A stretch of DNA of 64,000 nucleotides, from NCBI RefSeq assembly GCF_009914755.1, contig NC_060938.1, one strand, 5' to 3'. This document shows, in pieces, positions 13,902-28,550 of this stretch (the stretch's first letter is position 1; each line of letters starts with the position of its first letter). Both the position numbers and the translations under genes were made by a program. Source of the DNA: the human T2T-CHM13v2.0 reference genome, Homo sapiens. The notes below the pieces were generated by a model. That model was given only the letters and a program-made list of their open reading frames with translations, made no database searches and had not been told where the DNA came from.

Positions 13902-14449
13902 TCATCTTACTATTTCTTAACAATTTTAGTTTTTGAAAATTTCCAAACCAAGAATCAGAACAAACCCATGATTGTATATATATATATTTTTCTGACTTAT
14001 GGATGTGCTTATGTAGTGATCCAAAGCCAGATACCTTGTCTGGAAGGAAGAAGGTATGTTCAGCCCTGTGGTTTCAAGCTAGCTGGTACACTTACTTATT
14101 GATTGAATTAAAAGCTGCATGACTCTCTGTAAGAGTTATTGAATTCTGTCAGTTTGTTCTTTTCTGTGATCCTTTTTTCTGCGCGAACTGTGCTTTCTCA
14201 CTTTCTCCTTCAGTTTATGTTTTTCCATCCAGAATAAATTTTATACTAGTATTAGTACATTTAAAGCTGAGAATGACTTGTTTATTTGTCCCAGAAAAAA
14301 ACCGACAATGTTTAATGGTCACGTCCAACCAGTTATGGTTTAAAATAAATCTATCTCTAATCAGCCTGGAGAATAAGAACAATGTTGATTGTGCAAAGTA
14401 GAGGTTATAGACTCCCATAAAATGTGACTTATTTGATTTCAAGAAGGGT

Positions 14450-14723
14450 ATATGTTTTCATTTATATGAAACACCCAGAATAGTCAAATTCATAGATACA
14501 AATAGAATGGTAGTTGCTGGGACTGGAGAAAGGGGAAAATAGGGTTTTATTGTTTAATGGACATAGAGTTTCTGTTTGAGAAGATGAAAAATAATCTGGA
14601 GATGGATGGTGGTGATGGTTGCAAAACAGTGTGAATGTATCTAATGCTACTGAACTGTGCACTTAAAAATGGTTACAATGGTAAATTTTATGTTATGTGT
14701 ATTTTACCACAATTTTAAAAAAA
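14450..14723 (+). mobile_element. L1MB-type 3' end
   Basis: GAGATGGATGGTGGTGATGGTTGC..GTGAATGTA..CACTTAAAAATGGTT..GTATTTTACCACAAT. Confidence 0.85.
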
Positions 14724-15140
14724 CGAATACTAAATGCTATCAAAATTGCCTATTTACTTACAGAACTAGAAGTTTCCTTATGGTTTTTGAATCCATACAA
14801 TTATGGTTATATTTTGCCCACATAAAATCAAATTTTATATTTAATATTGTAACTTTTTAATGATATATTCACTTGATACCTTTTCCACTTACAAAAACAG
14901 ATTTGATTGGAGGGGTGGGAGGTGAGCTATATTTGAAACTTTGAGAGTCTGATGTGTGACCTGCAGTTGGGGGACCCATTGTACTCGTGGCTGGCTCATA
15001 CCTGGGAAAGACAAAGCAGCCTGGGGAACAGCTAGGCAAGGCAGGCATTTCCCATGGAGTGGATTTGGATCCCGCAGGAGAGAGCTGGCCTGGAGTCACA
15101 TAAAGTGAGGGACTCCAACAGCAAAAGTCTCCAGTCTCCA

Positions 15141-16438
<1,298 letters not shown>

Positions 16439-16807
16439 TGATGAACTGCCTGAAGCTTTGCTTTGGGTTTGCTTTAAATGCCACGTCATAAATTCTGCAG
16501 TTTCCTTTCCTTGAGAGTATGACCCTCTCAGTTTTTGCTATTTGAGAGCGAGGATCTGTGGCCACAGATTTTCTACACTGTGCTATCCTCCCTCTTTTTC
16601 TTACTTCATCTCAACAATTTCTGGCGACAGATTTTCTATGCCATTGCCACTCTCCCTCTTTTTCTTTCCCTATCTCATAATCTCTAGCCTTTATAGAATA
16701 ATAATTATATATTAGACGTATGGAAATAGAATATCAGTGCAGCTACTTTTTCAGCTGCAATCACCTTCTCTGCTATTCTCATTCTAAGCAAAGGAACATA
16801 ATATGTC

Positions 16808-17168
16808 TGTATTAGTTTGTTCTCATGCTGCTAATAAAGACATACCCAAGACTGGGTAATTTATAAAGAAAAGAGGTTTAATTGACTCATAGTTCCACAA
16901 GGCTGGGGACCTCACCATCATGGTAGAAGGCAAATGAGGAGCAAAGTCACATCTTACATGGTGGCAGGCAAGAGAGCTTGTGTAGGGGAACTCCCCTTTA
17001 TAAAATCATCAGATCTCATGCGACTTATTCACTATCACAAGAACAGTATGCAAAGTGTCCATTCCCATGATTCAATTATCTCCCCCAGGTCCCTCCCACA
17101 ACACGTGAGAATTATGGGAACTACAATTCAAGATGAGATTTGGGTGGGGACACAGCCAAACCATGTCA
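16808..17168 (-). mobile_element. THE1B solo LTR
   Basis: TGTATTAG..GCTGCTAATAAAGACATACC..CAGCCAAACCATGTCA; perfect TSD ATGTC. Confidence 0.93.
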
Positions 17169-17608
17169 ATGTCTTTCAGGACTGTGATACTAAGGAAATC
17201 TCTTTTAGGCTCAAGCCATGAGCCATCTTTCAGTCTCCTTTCTAGTCTTAGACCAACTCTTGCAGTATTTCATGGATAGTGTTTCACAGTTTGGCCATAT
17301 AGTTTGTGGCATTGACAAATTGTCAATCACATTTTGTCTCTGTCGTTTTCATTTTTAGACAACAGACAGCAAAAACTTAAGATGTTACTTGATGAAATTT
17401 CTGGATCCTTATTCTAAACCCAATCCTGAAGACACCATAGAAGTGAGAGGGAAAATGGTACATCTAAGAAGATACTGGAAAAACTAAAAAGTCTCTGAGG
17501 AGACCGAAGTTGGCTGGTTCCCAGGTTCCAGCTGAAATGATAGCCTAGGAGAGGAAAGGGCAGGGGGTCACAGATGGAGGAAGCGTGAATGCAGAAGGAG
17601 GGCCCTGA

Positions 17609-17750
17609 GAGGCGGAGGTTGCAGTGAGCTGAGATCATGCCACTGTACTCCAGCCTGGTGACAGAGCGAGACTCTGTCTCAAAAATAAATAAATAAATAA
17701 ATAAATAAACAAATAAATAAATAAATAAATAAAATTAATTAATTTAAAAA
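17609..17750 (+). mobile_element. 5'-truncated Alu (end of right arm) with (TAAA)n tail
   Basis: GAGGCGGAGGTTGCAGTGAG...GACTCTGTCTCAAAA; TSD AAGGAGGGC(C/T)CTGA at 17595-17608 and 17751-17764. Confidence 0.9.
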
Positions 17751-18089
17751 AAGGAGGGCTCTGAATGGATCTTGCCTTCTCTGTCACATCTTGAGACAAA
17801 AAGAGAAACCTAGGTCAGTGTGAGTAACACGATGGCAGTGTTTGAGCCCAGGGGAAGTGGGGAGGAATAAAATAAGTGCAGACAATTGAGTTGGCCCTGG
17901 ACTCTGCCACCTCCCTTGCCTCTCCCACTGTTCCACACTCCAAGAACAAGTACTTACAACTGAGGAAGACAGTTGTAAAAAAGAAAAGTGTTGGAGTACT
18001 GGGATGGACAGGCCTCAGAGAGGAGGCTGGGGTAGCAAATTGGAGGCCAGATTGTGTAGTCTTGAATATTTCTTAAGATTATTGTGCAT

Positions 18090-19870
18090 TCCCTTTATGC
18101 ATTCTCTTTAAGGCTGGGAACAAAAATAGACTTTCTCTACTTTCAATCCTGATCAACATAGTGTTGGAATCAGCCCGTGAAATATGGCAATAAATAAGAG
18201 GTTAAGGGTTGGAAGTGGAGAAAGTAAAATGAAATGAAAACCGTAAGATCATTTACATTTGAAAAAGCTTCATCAACTAAAAAACTGTTAGAACTAATAA
18301 GAGAGTGTAGCGGGTTTTCTTAGCCCATGATATTTCTTTACACCAGCAATAACTAACTAGAAAATGCAGCAGAAATGCATTATCCACAAGAGCATTTTAA
18401 GAAATCTGAGGTACATATTTATAGAAAATAAACACTTTATTATTTTTCTTCTGCCATTCTTTTTCTCTTTTATACTGGTTATATAATGTGGTTATAATGG
18501 TTAACATTAAAATGTTTCATAATTTCCTTGATATCAAAGCAAAGTTGTTACTGTACTAGAAGAAGAATGAACAGCACCCAGAAATGGAAATAATCTTTAA
18601 CAAATCCACAAAACTTTTATAGAGAAAATTTAAAAACATTATCGTAGGACATAAAAGAAAGCCTAAATAGAGAGCCATACTGTATTCATTGATGGACAAC
18701 TTAATATTGTAACGATGTAAATTATCCCAAGATCGTTCTATAAATCCAATGTCATTTTAATAATAAATCCAAGAGTACTTTTGAGGCTTTTATCAAATCC
18801 ATTAAAAATGTATATGTAAAAAGAAAATCCCACCGATAAAATCTTGCAGGGACTTGTCTTATATTAAGGACCAGATCTTTACTGTATTCAAACTTAACCT
18901 ATCTGAATAGGCAATCTTAGATTCCCATTTTACTCCTTGAAGATTTTCAACCATTTATGGTACCAATTACCACACGGGCCAGTCTTCTTAGTTGACAACA
19001 ACAGAATCCCCTCTATTTTGAGCAGAAGGAGGTTTATTAAAGGGTATGAATAGCTCATGGAATCATTGGAAGGGCTGACAAAACAGACTACACTGAGCAT
19101 CCACGATGTCTGTCTTGACACCCTTAACAGCATCCACGCACACTCTCTTCCCCATTCTCAAATTTTGAAGAAACAGCATGTTCTTACCTAATATAATGCA
19201 ACTAACCTCACACAAACTTATTCAATTTTCCTGCAAAAGGATATACCAAAATCTCAACATTTTAAAGCAATATGCCACTTTATGACCATTAAATTATCAA
19301 AAAGTAGAAAGGTACTATCAAATATTAATGAGAAGGTGGGGAGACAAAAACTCTCATGTACTGTTGGTGAAAGAGTAAACTGGCTTGGTTGTCCTAAAAA
19401 GCAAGAATAGGTACTAAAGTACTCAGGAAAATTAAGAATGTATATATGACAATGGAATTTCACTCCTGGATTCATATCCTAAGGAAACTCTTTCATAGTC
19501 TTTTTATAGACTCATAAAAAGACTATATAAGGATATTCATCATAATGTGTCTAGTTACAGTGAGGAGTTGGAGGTTACACTGGGAAATCATGAAGAGAAA
19601 ATGGCAGATGCGCACCACAGAAGCAACACATTTGATGCACATAGAACAATGTGGGTAAATCTGAAAGGCATAATGTTGTCCCACAAGTAAGAAACAAAAC
19701 ACTGTCTATACCACAGTGCCATTATGTAAGTTAATACACACATACAAAATGTACTTATAAGTATCTAGTCATACAAAAGGGCACATATCAAGCACATTGA
19801 AGAAGGTAACCATGTGGTAGAGAGAATGGAAGTGGGAATAAGAAATAAAGTAGAGAAAATAATAAAAATG
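18090..19870 (+). mobile_element. Highly decayed L1ME ORF2/3' fragments, with a probable old MLT1-like piece near 18950-19090
   Basis: A-rich L1 motifs (AACTGTTAGAACTAATAAGAGAG, ACACCAGCAATAAC, CTCTCATGTACTGTTGGTG, AATTTCACTCCTGG). Confidence 0.6.
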
Positions 19871-21357
19871 ATGAACCTTGCATATATATGTCAGGATGGT
19901 GAACTCCACACAAATAAATGGGGTTAGTTCAACTCCACACCTGGTGGTTTGGGTTAGTTGGGTTTTTGTTGTTTTTATTGTTTTTTTTTTTTTTTTACAG
20001 CGGAGATATTCTGTGATTATGGCATCCCATTTTCCCCAGTTAATTATAATAATTAAAAATTTAAAAATTGCTCCAAAGGTACAGATGTATTTTAATTTTG
20101 AAAATAGTCCTGACTCATCTGTGTCTCTAAGGAGACTTCACTAAATCTTCAGTCTTATTCATCTCCAAGCTGCTTATTTTCTTGATTCCATCTAATCTTG
20201 GCAAAGGAAAGGGAAGGTTAGAACAATCTTTCAAAACTTTGAAAATAGTTCTAATTGCTCTACATTTAGACAAAGTTACTGGTTACTTAATTGTCACTTA
20301 GAGCTCTTTTTGGATAGCAGGCAGCCATTCTAGGCTATAAAGGTGGTTTCATGGAAATGTTCCTTCCTTGACAGAAGGAAGACGTTGGAGAATTCACATG
20401 CTATTTTAGCTGGCTCTGTGATTGCAATCACACAAATCATTACATTCCAGCGAGATCCCATCAACAGAAGGTTTTTCCATTTCAGTCTGTCAAGGTAAAA
20501 CATTATCTTTTCATTTTCTGTATACTCCAGGATATCAAGAAATTATGGAATGTAAGCTATACTTACAATAGCATTTTCTAAGTCTACCTTGATGGTCAGA
20601 GGTAAGAAAAAGAGAGAGGAAGAGAGCTTTTTTGCTCTCAGTTACATTAAAATATTCATTCAGGTAAAAAATATATATATTGGATTGGCTTCCTTTTATT
20701 CAAGTTTTATAATTTCCTGCAATCTCACTTCATGAGTTAATGTTGCAGAGCAAGATAATGATTGTCTTCTAGAAACCTATGTAGTGCCATAGAACCAGAA
20801 TGGGTGGGTGCAAAGAACAGAAATGAAATTAGAAGGTTAATGGACTGCAGATTTTTCATGCATTTTTCCAGATGTTCATTCTGGCCTTCTGTTCCTTTCT
20901 TCAGGACTTGTATTTATGCACATGTAACACCATGAGGAATCAGATAATACAAACAGGGAATATCTCTTGGGCTATTCAGTTTTGGCTTTATATTTCAACT
21001 ATGTTGATGACTGCTGGTTACATTTTTACTCAATTTAGGTGGTCTGATTTAAATGTAGGAGATCACATAAGGGATGGTGGGAATGGGTACCTCAAGTGAA
21101 AGCTTTTACATTCAGTAATGCAGATTTAATTGCTCAGGATGCTCTAGCCTGGGAAACTCAGCTTATCCAGATTTCCTGAGAACTGATCATTGCTAAGAAT
21201 TTTCTGAGGTCTGGTATGTGTGGCCTCCATTCATACTGAGGGAAGACTGTCTCTTAGGAGCAGAGGATTGCTTAGCAATTGAAAACAGAATTTTGTCTTT
21301 TTAGAAATTAATAATGTAAGATATAAGCCCTTTGGCTATTAAAAATATTTCTCCATA

Positions 21358-23526
21358 CAGGCCAGCCCCTTCAGCCCCAGGCTGCAGGTCCACCAAAGGT
21401 TTCAGACCAGCCCAGATTCAGGTTGTCCCACATAACTCCACACTTTGAACTTTCCCTAGTACCAGGTAAACACCCCTGGCCTTGGGCATGAGGCCAGAAC
21501 CTATAGACATAAGCTCCAGGCCTGCCCAATATCAGGCTAGTCCCTAGCCCCTGCAGCCTTATACTCCAGCAGACTCAGGTTCCAGGCCCGTCACAGTAGA
21601 TGTCAGTGCCAGACTCACCCCCCAAGACTGAGGCACCAGATCAACTCCTCAGGCTGCTAGACTGTACCAGTGGACCCAGATCAGGTACCAAGCCCACCCA
21701 CCTGCTGACCCAGGCACTGGGCCAGCCTGCTTAAGGACTTTAGTAGCAAGCTCACCCACAGACCATGCCAGGCATCCTGCAGAGGATATCTGGATGAGCT
21801 GACTGGTGAAGTGCATTCTCAGACATAGCCAGTCTGAAAAGACTGCAAAAAGTGCCTTCTTCTTCAAATGCACAGACAACAGCACAAAGTAATAAGAAAC
21901 ACGAAGAAAACAAGGATATAACACCACCAAAGAAACACAATAACCTCAAAATGAAAATATTAAAACTGCCTGACAAATAATTCAAAATAATTGTTTCAAG
22001 AAAGCTCAGGGAATTTCATAAAAATACAGATAGGTAGTATAACAAAATCAGGAAAGCAATAAATGACCAAAATGATAAATTTAATAAGGAGATTTAAATC
22101 ATTTTAAAAGTCAGATTTGGGAGCCGAAAAATATAAATAATGAAATGAAAAACGCAATAGAGGGCATCAGCAGCAGAACTGATAAAGCAAAAGAAAGTAT
22201 GAACTTGAAACAGGTTATTTGAAAAATAAAGACAAGGAAAAAGAATCAAAAGGATTGAAGAAAACATACAGAAATTATGGGACAGCATCAAAAGAGAAAA
22301 TGTTTGGGTTATAGGAGCTCATAAAGGAGAAGACAGAATAAAGAGGTAGAAGCTTATTAAAGAAATAATAGCAGAAAACTTTCCAAATCTGGAGAAGAAT
22401 ATAAATATCCAGATACAGGAAGGTCAAAGGTCTGCCATCAGATTCAATTCAAACCAAAACCACACAAAAACTGAGAACTGACCAATGCAACAGAAATTCC
22501 TGAGGTCTAGTATGTGTGGTCTCCATTCACAACTGAGGGAAATCTGTCTCTTAAAAGACAGTCTATTGGAAACAGAATTTTGTCTTTTTAGAAATTAATA
22601 TTGCAAGATATAAGCCCATTATAATCGAATAGTCAAATGTCAAAGACAAAGAGAGGAGCCTGAAAGCAGCAAAGGAAAATAATCAAATAACATATGAAGG
22701 AATTCCAAAAAGACTAGCAGTGGATTTCTCAGCAAAAATTGACAGGTCAGAAGAGAGGAATTATATGTTCAAAGTGCTAAAGAATGACACCTTCAACCAA
22801 GAGAACTATACCTGACAAAGCTGTCCCTTAAAAATGAAGAAGAAATCAAGATGTTCCCAGACTAACAAAGGGAGTTCATTAAACCAGGCCTTTCTTTATA
22901 AGAAATGTTAAAAGAAGTTCTTTAAGCTGAAAGAAAAGGACACCAATTAGTAACACAAAAGCATGTGAAAGTGTAAAACTCACTGATAAAAATAAGTATG
23001 TTATTGGGCCAGGTGCAGTGGCTCATGCCTTTAATTCCAGCACTTTGGGAGGCCAAGGCGTGCAGTTCATGAGGTCAGGAGATCGAGACCATCCTGGCTA
23101 ACATGGTGAAACCCCATCTCTACTAAAGAAAAATACAAAAAATTAGCCAGGTGTGGTGGCACGCGCCTGTAGTCCCAGTTACTCGGGAGGCTGAGGGAGG
23201 AGACTCGAACCTGGGAGGTGAAGGTTGCAGTGAGCTGAGATGGTGCAACTGCACTCCAGCCTGGGCAAGAGAGGGAGACTCTGTCTCAAAAGAAAAAAAA
23301 GTATATTATCAAATTCAGAATATTTTAATACTGTAAGATTCATTTGCTTCTTTAGTATAAAGGTTGAAAACCAAAACTATTAAAAATAATTTTAAAGTAA
23401 TTCAATAGTTTTTTTAAAAAGCTAAAATACTTTGGTAAATGATACACAATATAAAAAGATATAAATTGTGAAATCAAAAATACAAGATGGAGATGGGTTG
23501 GAGTAAAAGTATAGAGTAAAAGTATA
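21358..23526 (+). mobile_element. Old L1MA-type element, 5'UTR + ORF1 + start of the inter-ORF region (host of nested insertions)
   Basis: CCAGG-rich 5'UTR, decayed ORF1 (AATAGCAGAAAACTTTCCAAATCTGG, GCAGTGGATTTCTCAGCA); resumes at about 27585. Confidence 0.85.
23007..23300 (+). mobile_element. AluSc/Y-like inserted in L1
   Basis: GGCCAGGTGCAGTGG...GAGATCGAGACCATCCTGGCTAAC; TSD AAGTAT(G/A)TTAT. Confidence 0.92.
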
Positions 23527-24361
23527 ACCTTTTTTGAGGTTAGGAAAAAAATATAACATGATTTTTCTTTTGAAATCATTCCACAATGATGAATAGATGC
23601 AAGTGGGGCATTCAAGAGCTTAGTCTATTTATGAACAGAAAAAGGAAGAAAACTTCCTCTAGAGTTGCTAACTATAAATTTCAGCTCTTCTCATTCTTTT
23701 TCTTAATTGATAAGGGTATTTAGGGGATCTATTTCCCACAAGTATGTATCATATCTTTGTGCTGGAACATTTCACTCTCTTCTAGTTATTTTAAAATATG
23801 CATACATTGTTGTTAACTGTAGTCACCTTACTTTGCTATTACTTATCATTGTGGTTTGGTAGTTTTTCTGTAGTGGTAATAATTGAGTCCTTTCTCTTTC
23901 ATATTTGTGTGTTTGCTTTACCAGTGGGTCTATACTTTTGTGTGTTTTCATGATAGATTTATCCTTTTGCTTCCAAGTGTAGGACTTCCTTAGGCATTTC
24001 TTATAGGGCCATTCTAGTGGTGATTGATTCCCTCAGCTTTTGCTTGTCTGGAAAAGACTATTTCTCCTTCATTTATGAAGGGTAATATTTCTGGGTATAG
24101 CATCCTTGGTTGGCAGTTTACTTCTTTCAGCACTTTGAATATATCATCCCACTCTCTCCTGGCCTGTGAAGTTTCTGCTGAGAAATCCACTATTAGTCTG
24201 ATGGAGGTTCCCCTTTATAAGTGGCTAGATGCATTTCTCATGCTGTTTTTACAATTCTGTTTTTGTCTTTTACTTTTAACAGTTTGTCTATAATGTGCTG
24301 TGGAGAAGACATTCGTTTTTAATTGTATCTATTTGGGGATCTCTGAGTTTCCTGTATCTGA

Positions 24362-24699
<338 letters not shown>

Positions 24700-25059
24700 T
24701 ATTAAATATGTTTTCTATCCCTTTGTTTTTCTGTTACCTTCTGGGACACTAGAAATTTGACTATTTGGTTGTTTAATGGTGACCTATAAGTCACATAGGC
24801 TTTGTTTATTCTTTTTTTAAATTTTTGTCTGACTGGGTATTTCAAAAGACCTATCTTCAAGTTCTGAAATTCTTTCTTCTGCTTCATTTAGTATATTGCT
24901 GAAGCTCTCTTAATGTATTTTTATTTCATTCAATGAATTACTCAGTTTCAGGATTTCAGTTTTGTTTTTTTAAATCATATCTATCTTTTTGGCAGATTTC
25001 TCATTCATAACCTGATTTGTTTTTCTGATTTCTTTGTATTATTTAGCTGTGTTCTCTTG

Positions 25060-25581
25060 TATAAGTAATGGATGTGCTTTGGTCAAGGATAGGCCAAGGT
25101 AAACATCCTGCATGAGTCAGTGAGTTTGTTGCACAATCACATAACTCCACTTGTTATATAATCACAGCCACGTACCCATAACATGGGAAGGCTCATCGCT
25201 TGCTCAGAGCCATTATTGTCTGTAAAAGGTATAATTGCCCTGCTGACACTGTACAGGCATGCTTGCGCCCAGAGAAAGAGAGAAATCCAGGGCTGTTCAT
25301 CTTGCAGACGGACAGTGGAAAGCCAGGACACAGCTTGTCTTGCTTGTGCCCAGAGAAAGAGTTAAGCTGCTGACCCTGAAGGGAGAGCCGGCCATGCAGT
25401 AGTACATGGGAGAGGCTGGAGCAGGCAGCTGAGACAGAGACAGACAGTGTAAGAGTGCTGCTGAATAAAGCCGTATTTCACCTACCTGCAGCCCCCCGAG
25501 TGTTCTTTCAGCTATCTGCCATTCATCCACCCACTTCCTTTGGACCTCAGCATAGGCTGGAACCTGACCCTGGACCTGACA
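25060..25581 (+). mobile_element. LTR18-family (LTR18B-like, HERVL18) solo LTR inserted in L1
   Basis: ATGGATGTGCTTTGGTCAAGG, ATTGTCTGTAAAAGGTATAATTGCCCTGCTGAC, AATAAA at 25464, ends TGACA; TSD TCTTG/TCTTA. Confidence 0.82.
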
Positions 25582-27584
25582 TCTTATATCTCAGTAAGCT
25601 GCTTTGATATTATTATTTTGAATTCTTTTTCTAGAATTTCACAAATTTCCTTTTCATTGGGATCTCTTGCTAGAGAATTATTGTGTTGCTTTTAGAGTTG
25701 TCCTATTTCCTTGCTTTTTCATGTTTCTTGTGTTTTTATATTGATATTTGTACAGGTAGTGTAACAGTCATTTCTTCCAATAGTTTAAATTTGTTTTTGT
25801 AGGGGATAACTTTTTCCTTATAATGTATCTATGGATTTGGCTGAGTAGGGAACTTAGGCTTTAATTCTGGGTGCTTACAGTAGTGTGTTTCATGCAATTT
25901 CTTTGGCTGTCAGCAGCATCAGTGGGATCTGTGGTTTCCTCAGTAGCTTAGGGTGTAATTGTTAGTGGAGGCTGTGGTGAAGTTATGTTAGGGACAGGGA
26001 TGTCAGGTGGGCCAGTCCCTGGGGCTCCAGTGGTGGCAGCAATAGGGCTGACTATATCTGTCTTTGGGCTCCAGGGTTGTGTATGTTAGCACCAGTGTTA
26101 GTGGTCCAAGTGGGCTGATTCTTGGGCCTCCAAGCAACTTGCTTGAGTACCAGCAGTGTCAGGGGTAGGACACGCAGGTGGGCAGGTTCCAAGGCCCCTG
26201 GATGGCAGGTGTGGTGTGGGCAATGGCAATAGCAATGGTGGGATAACCTTTTGGCTCCCAAGAGGTTTGGACTGGTATTGGTGTCTGTGACCGGCTGGCT
26301 GGGACAGTACACAGGCCCACAAGTGGTGCATGTGGGTAGGTGTCAGCTGGTGATAGCTGCAAGCTGGGTGGGCTTCTCCTCAGGCTCCCAGAGGAGTGCT
26401 CAGGTGCAAATAGTCATAGGTGGGGTAGGCTGATCTCCAGGCCCCTGGATGGTGTGATTGAGCACTGGTGGTAGTGAAGCCAGGCTGAGTGGGCCTATCC
26501 TCAGGTGCCCTAGTGGTGCATATAGAAGCTGGCTATTATGGCTAGGGGAAGGATAATCCCCAGGCTCCAAGCAGAGAGCTTGGGTGGGGGCAGCAGCAAC
26601 TGTGTTGCAGCTCTGTTGCCAGGGAGTATAGAATTGCTTTCAGTGGCAGAAGCCATAGGTTGGTGGCTTCTGCTCCAGGTGACAGCTGTCAGCCAGGGAA
26701 CCTGTCCTCATGGCACTTGTAAATGCATGGCCACCTGCTGCTGGGAGAAGTGGTGTTGCTGCCAGTGGCTTATGCTTTGGCCATGGTGATGGCAGCTAGC
26801 AGGGGCAGTTGCTGTGGGTGGGGCAGTTTGTCCTTAGAGGGCTTATAAATGCACAGCAGCCCCACTGTTGGAGGTGGTGTGATCACTTCATTGGGATGCA
26901 CTTTGTCACATGGCAACAGCAGCCGGCAGTGGTGGTGGACCCTTTTGTCAGGATGCGTGAAAATGCATAGCAGCCCCACTGCTGGGGGCAGTGCTGTTGC
27001 TGCCAGTGGCTTTCACTTTGGCCCTGGTGGCAGCAGCCAGCAGTGGCAGAAGCTGCAGGCAGAGGATGTCATGGGGCTCAATGCAAAGATGCTCGTTATT
27101 GTGGAGATGCAGGAGCTGTTGGGCCCCAGGGCAGAATAAAGTCTGGTGGGGGCTGGCCTTCAAAATGGCACTGTGCTGTAGCTGTTTAGGATTCAGGAGG
27201 TGTGTGGGACCCAGTGTAACCTTCCTTTTTGGAGCAATGCCATTGTGCAATCTCCGGGCAGCTCCCTAGTTTAGTCTCATGCCAGAGGGTGGAGGTGCTC
27301 ACGCATGGCTAAGATTGCAGGAGTCTGTAGTGGGCATATAGACCCCTGGGGAACTCTCACTTTTCCCTGCATTGGATAACCTCTCTAGGCTCCCAGCTGA
27401 TCCTGGCCAAGCAGGCTGCCTCACTTCCTTGCCTTAGGTGTGTCCTCTCACTTCTCTGTTGAATTCCAGTGTTCTCTCTTAGACAATTTATTTGAAGTGT
27501 GACTATCTACTCACTATGCTGGTTCTTCTTTGTGGAGGAGGTGAATGCCAGATGCCTCTTGTTAGCCGTCTTGAAGCCCCTCCT

Positions 27585-28550
27585 AATGTAGTTTTTGTAT
27601 GTAACCAAAGTTAAGTTGTTAACAGCTTAAAATAGCCTGTTATAAGATGTTTTATATTAAGTCTCATGGTAACCACAAAGCAAAAACCTGCAATAGATAC
27701 ACAAAAAGGAATAAAATCATACCAGTTGAGAAAATTAGGTAATCACAATGGAAAACAGAAAAAGAGAAACAAAGAATCTACAAAACAATCAGAAAATGAT
27801 TAACAAAATGGCAATAATAAGTTCTTACCTATCAACAATTACCTTGAATATAAAATGGACTAAATTCTCCAATCAAAGGACAAAGAGTGGCTGAATAGAT
27901 TAAAAAAAAAATCAGAACAAATATATACTGCCTACAAGAGACTTACTTCACACTTAAGGACATATATGTTGAAGAGATATGTGCACTTCCATGCTCACTA
28001 CAACATTATTCACAATAACCAAGATGTGAAATCCTAAATGTTCATCAATAAATGAATGGATTAAAAAATATGGTATATATACATAATAGAATACTATTCA
28101 GCCTTAAAAGAAGAAAATACTGTCATTTGTAATAACCCAAAGGACATTATGCTAAATGAAATAAGCCAGGCACAGAAAGACAAATACCACATGGTCTCAC
28201 ATTTATGTGGAATCTAACAAATTTGAACTTAAAAGTAGACAGTAGAGTGTTAGTTATCAGGTGCTGGGTGATGGGTTGGGAGATGTTGGTCAAAGGATAC
28301 AAAATTTTAGTTAGATAGGAGGAATAATTTCAAGAGAGCTATTGTACCATATGGTGGCTATAGTTAATAATAATATATTGTATTTTGAAAATTAATAAGA
28401 GTAGGTTTTGTGTTCTTATCACAAAAATGATAAGTATGTCAGGTAATGCATGTTAATTAACTCAGTTGAACCAAAATGTAGCATATCTCAAAACATCATG
28501 TTGTACATAACATGCAATTTTTATTTATCAATTTAAAAAGCTAAAATAAA
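27585..28550 (+). mobile_element. Continuation of the host L1MA: inter-ORF, ORF2 start fused (about 27965) to ORF2 end and 3'UTR
   Basis: AAGTTAAGTTGTT..CTCATGGTAACCACAAAGC; ATACTGCCTACAAGAGAC joined to TGTTGAAGAGATATGTGCAC; L1MA 3'UTR. Confidence 0.85.

Noticed and set aside
23585-23640. ATGATGA box C suggesting a C/D snoRNA
   Set aside because: No suitably placed CTGA box D or terminal stem
25950-27270. GC-richer region with many overlapping ORFs, possible promoter or gene
   Set aside because: It is the repetitive 5'UTR of the antisense L1MA and is CpG-depleted, so not a CpG island
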